Below are positions 33,754-42,706 of a stretch of DNA of 64,000 nt, in pieces. Origin of the DNA: Diplonema japonicum (taxonomy: Eukaryota > Protista > Euglenozoa: Diplonemea); contig OZ025712.1 of NCBI GenBank assembly GCA_964019335.1, forward strand, positions 186,001 to 250,000, read 5' to 3'. The notes below the pieces were generated by a model that was given only the letters and a program-made list of their open reading frames with translations, did not search any database and was not told the DNA's origin. The translations under genes were made by a program, and so were the position numbers. The first letter of the stretch is position 1, and the number at the start of each line of letters is the position of its first letter.

Positions 33754-35193
33754 CTAGATTCTTCCCCTCGGGGCTGTGTGTTGTTGTTGTGGTTGGTATG
33801 CATCCGGTTGCCCTGCAGTCAGCGCGTCTGATTGCCGTTTAGCTTCCTCGTTCACCTTCACGATCGCAGACATGACGGTGGTGAACACCCGCCAGTCTTG
33901 CGCTTGGTTACAATGGACCTCAACGCTTCTCTCACGGAACCCAAGGATCATGCACCCTTCAGGTCGTTGCCGAACGGCCGTGTCTGTGGGCTTTTTAGGT
34001 GCGGGGCCGTTGAGCCATTCCCCGTTCATATGCGGCGCAAAGCCCGGAGAGGTGGAGCAAGACTGCCCTGCTCTGAATGAAACAAGATCGTTCAGGGGGC
34101 ATCTGTCTTTCATGTCCTTCCCACCTTCATCGAACCACACCAGCCAAGGACCCTTCCGTTTCCTGTTGTCCAAGAATGACATTATTGAAAACCACCGTTC
34201 TTCAGGTCCGGTGCGCAGCCCGTACCTCGTCATTGGGATCATGGACCGTACCATCCCGGAGAGGGCATCCATGAGACGGTGGTCCCCGAGCCACGGCCGC
34301 ATGATAGGGAGGTGCTCTTTGTTTAACCCGCGCAGCGCGAACAGTTCAATAATTTTCTCCGCAGCAGGACCTTCCACCACAACCGTTTCCTTTACAGGCC
34401 TTACCGCTTCTTCATTGTGAACGGTGGTAGGCGGTACAACAGGGTCCTTATCTAACGAATCCACTGAGAATTCCGACGGTGTGACTGTACGTGGTAGCGA
34501 CGGTGCCTGCGAGGGAATGCTCACAGGAGTGGGTTGCTGCTGCACCCCTGCTGGTGATGGTGCGTCGGGAGACGGGTTCTGAGACATCGATTGCAGCTTT
34601 GTTAGAATATTGGGGTTGGTACCGGAAGACGGTGTTTGGTTTGGACCTTGCTTCTGCTGACGGGGAGGTGGGATGCTGTACCGATCTGGGTCCCACTCCC
34701 TTACCATTGGTGCACGCTGGGCCCGCCACACCGGCTGCACAGCACGCAGGTTCGCTATATCAGGATCTGTATATTTATGCCCCACCGGCTTAAAAAAACT
34801 TTGTTGCTGATAAGGCGTAGGTGTAGGGGTCAGCTTTGGAGACAATCCTGGCGGAGGGGACACATGACCATTCTGTGACACAGCACCAGCTGTCACGGGG
34901 TGAGGGGGCGGTATCTGAACAGACGGTGCCGCCATGTTCACCTTAGCCTGATTGAACAGTGGTGCCAATTCGTTTTCTGCTGTTGTGTAGTGCCGTGTGT
35001 GTCCTCCATTTACAGGTGTTCTCGCGGCACCGGCAGAGTATACCATATCCTTATAGACAGGTGCGGCCATCGGAGGTGGGGTCCGTCCACCCGTGGCTGC
35101 ATTTCCACCATTTTCGATCGAAGTATAGTTCATCGAGGGTGACAGCCTCATTTTCGGATACCCACTTGACTGGGGTTCATTATGGTACCCCAT
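33754..35193 (-). CDS. Pro-rich protein with C-terminal PH-like domain (~479 aa)
   Basis: Low-complexity Pro/Gln N-terminus followed by ERWFSI..WLVWF..CMILGFRERSVEVHC..DWRVFTTVMSAI. The start is uncertain. Confidence 0.7.
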   Translation of the reverse strand: MGYHNEPQSSGYPKMRLSPSMNYTSIENGGNAATGGRTPPPMAAPVYKDMVYSAGAARTPVNGGHTRHYTTAENELAPLFNQAKVNMAAPSVQIPPPHPVTAGAVSQNGHVSPPPGLSPKLTPTPTPYQQQSFFKPVGHKYTDPDIANLRAVQPVWRAQRAPMVREWDPDRYSIPPPRQQKQGPNQTPSSGTNPNILTKLQSMSQNPSPDAPSPAGVQQQPTPVSIPSQAPSLPRTVTPSEFSVDSLDKDPVVPPTTVHNEEAVRPVKETVVVEGPAAEKIIELFALRGLNKEHLPIMRPWLGDHRLMDALSGMVRSMIPMTRYGLRTGPEERWFSIMSFLDNRKRKGPWLVWFDEGGKDMKDRCPLNDLVSFRAGQSCSTSPGFAPHMNGEWLNGPAPKKPTDTAVRQRPEGCMILGFRERSVEVHCNQAQDWRVFTTVMSAIVKVNEEAKRQSDALTAGQPDAYQPQQQHTAPRGRI

Positions 35194-35464
35194 GTGTTTT
35201 ATTTTTTTTCCCCTTCCCCCTCCCTGGATTTCTTTTTTTAGAATTGCTGGGGGGGGGGGGGGGGGTGGAGAGAAAAAATGCAAGAAAAAAATAGGGAGGG
35301 AAGAAGAAGAAGAAAAAAATAACCCCTCCTTTTTTTTATTTCCTGTGTATTGTGCGTGTGCCAAACTCATAGTTTTTTTTTTTTTTTTTTTTTTTTTTTT
35401 CTTTCCCGTCCTCAAAAAAAAATTACAAATTCCTCAATTTAAAAACAAAACTAAAAAAAAGAAT

Positions 35465-35501
35465 TTCACTATGATAGGAACGAAGTGGTTAGCAACGGCC
35501 C

Positions 35502-35504
<3 letters not shown>
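35465..35504 (-). promoter_or_regulatory. Conserved 40-mer, copy A; candidate branch point-Y tract-AG splice acceptor
   Basis: Identical to 39419-39458. Sense strand reads GTTGCTAACCACTTCGTTCCTATCATAG. Confidence 0.5.
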
Positions 35505-35535
<31 letters not shown>

Positions 35536-35651
35536 TATTATCACAAACCAAGGTAAAAAAAAAAACAAAGGGCAAAAATTAAAGAAAAAAAAATTCAAAT
35601 TTCGTTTCCTCCGTTTCTTCCCCCTCCTTGTATCCTAAAAGGGGGGACTAA

Positions 35652-36028
35652 AGGGGGGGCCCGAATAATTCCCTCCCAAATAATGTGTTTTTTTCCCAAA
35701 TAATTCTTTTTTTTTTTCGGGGGTTTTTCCGCTCCAAATTTCCCAAATAATTCCCGACCCCCTTTCTTTTTTTTGGGGGGGACCGGGGGGTGGGGGGGTC
35801 ACATGGTAGTCATGCAACGGGCTTTTCTCGGTTACGCCTGTGCAGGGTAGTAGCCTACCTAACCCATGTATACATTCCTTTTTTGACCAAAAAGTCGATT
35901 TCCGCCTGATTTTGGGCACTTACGAGCAATTCCTTTGCATTTTGTGTATTCCAAATAATTCTTTTTTTTTTGGAGCCCAAACACCCCCCCTCCACTGCCC
36001 AAATAAAGGGATTATTCGGGGGGGCCCT
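35652..36028. mobile_element. MITE-like element
   Basis: Imperfect TIRs agggggggcccgaataattccc / gggattattcgggggggccct, flanked by ctaa and ttaa. Five internal ccaaataa direct repeats. Confidence 0.6.
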
Positions 36029-36068
36029 TTAATCTTTTTTTTTTTTTTTTTTTTTCCCTTCTTCCTTT

Positions 36069-37717
36069 TTAAGAAGCAGGTTGGGAAAGAATATCTGGGT
36101 CAAAGGCAGAGCCCTCAGGGGGAGGCCAGAACACATTGCGGTGCTCTGAAATTGGTTTAGGTGAGTAAGGTGTGAAGTCCTCCTCATGGTGCTCTATGAG
36201 CCAGGTGTCGTCTCCCTCTTCCTCCTCACTTGGATCGGGCTCCTCACTGAGCTGCTCCTGTTCGTCAGGAAGGTCTTCCCTTTCTTTGAGCAGGTCTTCC
36301 CCTTCTTCCTCTTCATCATCACCACCACCGGCATCCTTTTCAAACAAGGCGTCTGTGTCCTCTTCTGCTTCTCTTGCAAGAATCACTGGTTCCCTTAAAG
36401 GATAGCCATGTTCCTTTGCGTGAATAAGTCCTACTTCATCATCTTCCTGGTTTTTTTTTTTTTTTTAAATTATGAAACATACCCTTGGCACAACCATCAA
36501 TCTAACCCTCACCTTCCCCCTCACAGTGCCTTCCTCATCTTTTGCAGCGAACCAGTTGTCGATGACGGTCGGGTCCTTCAAGGATAGAAAGAACAAAAGC
36601 GGTATCTTTGCAATGCCGATTGTCCTCCTTGACATCACCTTATACTTCTTCAGCTTGACAATGAGGTACTATGGATGGGGGGGGGGGGGTGTTTTTCAAC
36701 AAACAAAAAAAATACCTGTGAATTTTTCACCTCTGAAAAGAACGCGAAGCCTTCCTTCCAAACAGGGGTTGCACAGTCTTTTTGAACATGTGTTTCACGG
36801 CAGACCTCCAAGTTGTTCGGAAGGGTAACCTTCACATAAGTAGACCGTGGATGGCCTTCACTGTTGGGCGGGACTTCGCCCTCGATAATCTCTGCAATGA
36901 GCTTTCTGTTGTCCATCCTTACGCCTGTTACCTTAAAAGCTCTGCCTACCTGCGAAGGGAACCCACCTGGGATCCGCAGCCGGAGATGAACCTCACCAGT
37001 TTTCTGCGCCTGGCCAAGCTTCAACGGGAACCAGTTATCAATTACAGTACTGTTCGTGAATGTGGTAAAAAATTTCATGGGGATAGCAACGAGGCCTAGA
37101 CGCTGCCCTGTGAGCCCTCGGTCTGTCTTTTCGTTCACCGCACACACTAGAAAATGCTTTTCCGAGTAAATAATGGGAAATTCGTACAGATCATGCCATG
37201 CAGGTTGAGCTCCTTTTTGTATATGACTGCGACGAACTGTGGACTCAATAGGGATCCCCCTGTCGTCCACAGTCTTGCAGATGGAAAATTTTACTTGGCT
37301 GAGTACTGGCTCGGGGTATTCCAGTTTGGCTGCTATAAGATCAACTAGGATTGTGTTGCCTCCTTTGTGATGAGTCTTTGGTTGACTCCGAACAGCTAGT
37401 GGCGATGCAGGGGTGTATGTGTTGCTCCGGCGTCGCCCTCCTTTTACTGAGCTGCTCGGGACTTCCAGGACGGGGTGGGATGCAACGGTGCGCTTCTCGT
37501 CCCTCAGAATTTTTATGAATTTCACTACGTGTTCCTTCTTCATTCCTAGTTGGGTCAGGTCTCCTTCTGTCAGGCGGCCTACGTCTCGGAAATCTTCGAA
37601 TCCGTTGTTTTTGAACATTGGGAGGTACTCCTCCAGGCCGCCCCGCATCAGCAAGCTCCTAAGATCAGTGTTGTGGGCATCGTTGTCATGCTCGTGCGGT
37701 GCGAACGAACCGCTCAT
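36069..37717 (-). CDS. SAM + tandem C2-domain protein with acidic tail, 3 exons (~521 aa)
   Basis: SAM motif GLEEYLPMFKNNGF..LTEGDLTQLGMKKEH; C2 motifs QPAWHDLYEF and TPVWKEGFAF. Introns 36715-36669 and 36482-36447. Confidence 0.8.
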
Positions 37718-38988
37718 TGGTTTCTTTTTTTGTTTTTTGTTTTTTTGTTTTAGATATTTTTTGTAATTATCACACACACACACACACCCCTCTCCCCCCG
37801 CCTTTTTGAGAAATTTGATTGTTTGCTCGTTTTTTTTTCTTCTTTCTTTTTGTAATGGTATTTTTTTGTTGAGAGAAACAAGGAAGAGGGAAAGAAGAAA
37901 TAAAATAAAAAAAAAAGGAAGAATATTTGTTGCAGGCTTCGTGTAAGAAGGAAAAAGAAACATTGTTGCATTAATGAGAAAAAGAAAGAGGAAGAAGCGG
38001 GAAAAAAAAGGCTTCGGGGGGAGGGGGGTCCATAGCAGTACTCGGGATAAATCTCAGTTCACTCAGTTTCGGACCCTCAAATATCGGCGGGAAAAAAAAA
38101 AAAAAAAAAAGAAATCGCAATTTTCTTTCCTCATTGAGGAGGCACGGGTCCAGGATGTGTCTCCACACCCTGCACGGCTCTTACCGTTGTTCCGGTAAGG
38201 CTAATCATGGTAAAAAGAAAAAAAGCCATGCGAGAAGTAAATCCACAAGTCACAAGTAATATTAGTTTATTTCATTTGGTCAAATTACTTCTTTGTATTC
38301 GTCCCCCTGACTTTGAAGTAGGGGGTCGTTTGCTCACAACGCAAAAAACAGATAAAGAATATATATAAAAAAAAAACAAACTCTTTTCTTTTCTTTTCTT
38401 TTTTTCTTTTTTGCGTACACACACCAGGGACCAACAGAATTTGTCATTTGTTGTTTCGCACGAGAAAAAAAAAAGATTTTAAAAAAAAAGATGCAAAATA
38501 ATTTCTGCTCAAGTTGCATATAGTTATAAAATCTTTTTTTTTTGTCACAAAAAAAAAGGAAGCGAAGGCTAGGTAGAAGAGCGAAAAAAAAAGAGTAAGA
38601 GATAGTATTCTCTCTCCCTATGCAAAAAAAAGGGGGAGGGGAGTATTATTCCGGCACTTTTTGTTTTTAAACAACTAGCAAGAAATTTATAGCCGGGTAC
38701 AGCGGTCAAGAACATTATAAAAAGGATCTTGCACTCGCTTGAGGTCCCCCTAAAAAAAACCTCCTCCCTTTATAAAACACAACTTGCTGCGTTTCCAACG
38801 AACAATATTCACTACTGAAGAGATTAGAGAAGAAATTAAAAAAAAAAAAGCCCGTTTCGGGTGCTTTTTTTTTCTTCTTCTTTTTTAAAAAAAAAGAAAA
38901 GAAAGGAGGAACTGTCTGTGTAAAATAATGAAATAAAAAAAAAATAAAAAAATCTAAGACCCTATTTCTCTGACTTTTTTTTTTCTTT

Positions 38989-39024
<36 letters not shown>

Positions 39025-39418
39025 AGAGTTAATGGGGGATTCACCCCCCCTTCCATTGCCCAAAAAAATCGGATTTTTTTTTTTTCCCTCTGAGAAGAAA
39101 CACAAAAAAAAAAAAAAAACGGGGGCTTAAAAAAAACTTGTTATGCATTGAGAAAAGAAAATGCGTAAGAAAGGGGGGAGGGGACGCGGTAAACTGTATA
39201 CGGATAGTTAGAAGGGGGGGAAGAAAGAAATACCTCTTGTACACAAGTCAAGCTGTCGTGAGCAATGATTGCGTGAGACAGGAAAAAAAAAAAAAAAAAA
39301 CCTACGAATGATTTAAAAAGGTCGGCAATCCGCCTGACCATTAGAAAAAAAAAGGTGTCTTTGAAGGGAACCTGCAGTATGTGACAGGATCGCCTAACGA
39401 CAATCAACTCAAAAAAAA

Positions 39419-39458
39419 TTCACTATGATAGGAACGAAGTGGTTAGCAACGGCCCGCA
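39419..39458 (-). promoter_or_regulatory. Conserved 40-mer, copy B
   Basis: Identical to 35465-35504, at a similar distance downstream of the paralogous stop codon. Confidence 0.5.
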
Positions 39459-39735
39459 TCACATTTTCTTTTTTTTTTTCCTCTATATGAAACAGAAAAG
39501 AAGGGGAAAAAAAAGGGGGGGGGGGACAACAAGAGATAACGCCTTTCGTGTTCGTGCAGTTCACGGCCCTGTCAAGACCAACACCATGATGACACATTTT
39601 TTTTTTTTAAATATAAAACCCCAATTTCTTTTTTTAAAAGTAGAACGAACAAGAAAAAAAATAATTCTTTATGACTATATGTCTTTGTTGTTCGCACGAG
39701 CAAAAGAAAAAAAGATTTTTTTAAAAACCTGCGAA

Positions 39736-39779
<44 letters not shown>

Positions 39780-39949
39780 CGGCACAAGTTGCATCTAGTT
39801 ATAAAACCATTTTTTTTTTTTTTTTTTTTTTTGAAAAAGATAAATATTTGTAACAAGAAAAAAAAAATTTTTTTTGAGGTGGAGAACAAGATTTTTTTTT
39901 TTCTTTTTTTTTTCTCGCCTCGAAACACCTTAAAAAATAGGTAAGGGAA

Positions 39950-40012
<63 letters not shown>

Positions 40013-40028
40013 GAGGAGCACCTCATTT

Positions 40029-41033
40029 CTAAGAAATCATATGGTCATGCTCAAAAGCAAACGACTCCAAAAGGCCTGTATCGTAGGCATACTCACTGTT
40101 CAAACAATCTGGAGGGTCCTCTGGTGTCGCACTGTCGTACAAAGTGTCAGTGTCTTCCTCTTCCTCTTCTTCCTCTTCCTCCACCGGGACTGAATAAAGC
40201 GGCGCAAACATGGCACTAATTTCACTAGACGCCCTCTGCACAACGGACATCTTGAGTTTTATTCTACCTGCAACAGCGCCTTCAACGTCTTTTATGGGGA
40301 ACCAGTCCTCGATGGTGGGGCTGTCATGAAGCGACAGAAAAAACAGAAGGGGAATTCTAGCGGTCCCGAACGGCTTTCGGTTCCGCTGTTCATGTCGCAG
40401 GTGAACAAGGAGGTAAGGCGTATTCTTCACTTCCGAAAAAAACTGAAACCGCTCATTCCAAGCGGGTTTGCTGGTATCCCTTGCAACCTGTGTGGTCCGC
40501 AAGACCTTAGGGTGGTTAGGAAGAGCTAGTTCTACATATGAGGAAACCCTGCGTGGGACTTCTCCTTCAATGACTTCTACCAACAGTTTTCTGGTGTCCA
40601 TGCGGACGCCTGTTACTTTGTACGCACTGCCAGCCTGCACAAGGAGCTCTCCTCGGAGGCCAAGACGAAGGAGAACTTCGCCTGTTTGTGTCTGATCGAG
40701 TTTTAATGGGAGGTACCGGTCGACAGGGTCCTTGGTGAGTGTCAGGAAGTAGCTCATTGGTAGACTGACCAGTCCGACCTTCCTTCCTGCTTCACTTACG
40801 TTGCATACTAAAAAGTGGTCGTTTCCGGTGAACAGCGGTAGTTCGAAGAGCCCTCCGTCTCCTGGTCGCGTCTTGCGTGTGCAGTTTTTTACCGGTGTGA
40901 CCTTATCTCCGTCGACCTTGCACATCGAGAGGACCACCTTGCCGTTGCTTTTCAGCTCTTTCCCTTTCGTCGTTACTTCCAATATTTCCACTTCTACTGC
41001 GGACCGTGGTGTTCCTTTGGGAACGTTGGGCAT
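40029..41033 (-). CDS. Tandem C2-domain protein, intronless paralog of 36069-37717 (334 aa)
   Basis: Shares HFLVC.V.E, PLKL.Q..TGEV.LRL, KVTGVRMD.RKL..E.IEGEVP, FFSEVKN and IPLLFFLSL with the neighbouring gene. Confidence 0.85.
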   Translation of the reverse strand: MPNVPKGTPRSAVEVEILEVTTKGKELKSNGKVVLSMCKVDGDKVTPVKNCTRKTRPGDGGLFELPLFTGNDHFLVCNVSEAGRKVGLVSLPMSYFLTLTKDPVDRYLPLKLDQTQTGEVLLRLGLRGELLVQAGSAYKVTGVRMDTRKLLVEVIEGEVPRRVSSYVELALPNHPKVLRTTQVARDTSKPAWNERFQFFSEVKNTPYLLVHLRHEQRNRKPFGTARIPLLFFLSLHDSPTIEDWFPIKDVEGAVAGRIKLKMSVVQRASSEISAMFAPLYSVPVEEEEEEEEEDTDTLYDSATPEDPPDCLNSEYAYDTGLLESFAFEHDHMIS

Positions 41034-41339
41034 CTCGCCCGTTTTCTTGTTTTGGGTTGTCGCTGTTATTTTTTTTTTTCCCTGGATTTTTAATTCCCCC
41101 CCCCCCCCCCCCGTTGGAGCGGTTTACAGAAAAAAAATTAGAAAATAAAAAAATTAAAGGTGAGACTTTGGTCCAAGTCATCGTACTTTTCAGATAGCGG
41201 GGTTTTTCCCCCCCCCAATTTTTTTTTCTATTCCTGCATCGTTTGTCCTCAAATGGAAGGTTAGTTTCATGAGAACGACGCGAAAACAAAAAAAGGGGGG
41301 GGGAGGGGATAGATAATTCACGACCGCACCCTTTCAGAT

Positions 41340-41789
41340 TCAGAGTGCGAGGTTTTCAAGTTTCTCGGCTGCGTGAGCGGCAGCAAGAGAGTCTCGTTCT
41401 GCTTGAGAGATTTTGGGTGAGGTACGGTTCACAGTACCGAAAAGTAAAGGGCCGTTTACAACGGGGGTGATGTGGCGGTCAAGGAGGGAGTTGGAGTAAG
41501 ACGGTGCGACGCCGTTACACGACAGTGTGATATGTTTCACCTTGTTGACTGACCCCTGGCCTGGGCAGCTGACAACTGCTGCCTGGCATCGTTTATCAAA
41601 GCCGTACCCGATTACCTCAAGCACGACATTTTCCCCATCGACTGTCTCTACGCTTGCATCCGACCCCTTGTGCTCAATCGTCATGTGCTCACCGAATATC
41701 CTTCCCACCGGTCGTCCTATTTCTTCCTTTGCCCACCCCTTCAACTTCTCCTTGCTTTCATCGTCAAGGAATACTGCAGAAAAACCCAT
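41340..41789 (-). CDS. Stand-alone 2H phosphoesterase (cyclic phosphodiesterase-like, 149 aa)
   Basis: Two HxT motifs (EHMTI, KHITL) with SAVFLDDES and P..SN.LL signatures. Confidence 0.75.
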   Translation of the reverse strand: MGFSAVFLDDESKEKLKGWAKEEIGRPVGRIFGEHMTIEHKGSDASVETVDGENVVLEVIGYGFDKRCQAAVVSCPGQGSVNKVKHITLSCNGVAPSYSNSLLDRHITPVVNGPLLFGTVNRTSPKISQAERDSLAAAHAAEKLENLAL

Positions 41790-42049
41790 TTCTTTTTTTT
41801 TTTTTAGATCCTGCGAAACTCTTTTAAAGCATGCTGTGTAAGCCCGAAATGGCGACACCTTTCCCCTGGTATACTGTCAGACCGGCAGAAAGGCCTCGAA
41901 AAGGTGTTCAAGGACTGCCATTTCGGTAGGTGCTGTGTGCGCCTTGGGGGGGGGGGGGGGGGGGGGAACTGTTTGCCACTGGACTGTGCCCCCAAATTGC
42001 CGAGAAGGTGGGGAAGGCGTACGAGTGCGACAATGCAGAAAAAGAATGG

Positions 42050-42087
<38 letters not shown>

Positions 42088-42706
42088 TGAAAAGAACCAA
42101 AAAAAAAAAAAAAATGGAGAGAGAGAGGGAGGGAGAGAGAGAGAAAGAGAGAAGGGGGGGAGCGGCATGGATGAATAATAACCTTTTTTTTATTTCTTCC
42201 TTTTTTTAATTTTTTTTTTCTTTTTCTTCTTTTTTTTTTTTTTTTTTCTTCTTCTGCTTTTCTCTCTCTCTCTCCCCCCGCCCCCAAATCATTAACTTTT
42301 TTGTTGCATAACGTACTGTGTTATACTTTACTTTCGACACATGTGTTATATTTTTTTTCTCTTTTTTTAAAAAAAAAGGGGGGTAGGAAAAGGAGGATAA
42401 CGAGGGTAACGTTTACACACTTTTTTTTTTCTTCTCATTTTTGCGCAGCCGCTAGGGAAAAATTTTCGGAGAAAGATATTGAAGAATGGATAACAGGAAA
42501 GAGGGCAGGGGGGGACTACGCGGCACACGGGGCAAAATAAAAAAGGGGGAAAGGAGCAGGGCGTGTGACCCTCAACACTCATTTCGAGACAAAAAAAAAG
42601 CCCAAAAAGAGAAAACAAGTGGAAAGAAATACAAACGTCGGTGAAGTGTCAGCACACCTTCAGGAGTGCCCACGTACGTAAAAAGAAAAAAAGGGGGGGT
42701 TATCTC

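Noticed and set aside
35465-35481. Complementarity of the 40-mer to LSU rRNA (snoRNA guide idea)
   Set aside because: No C/D box pair around it, and the host rRNA sequence is unknown.
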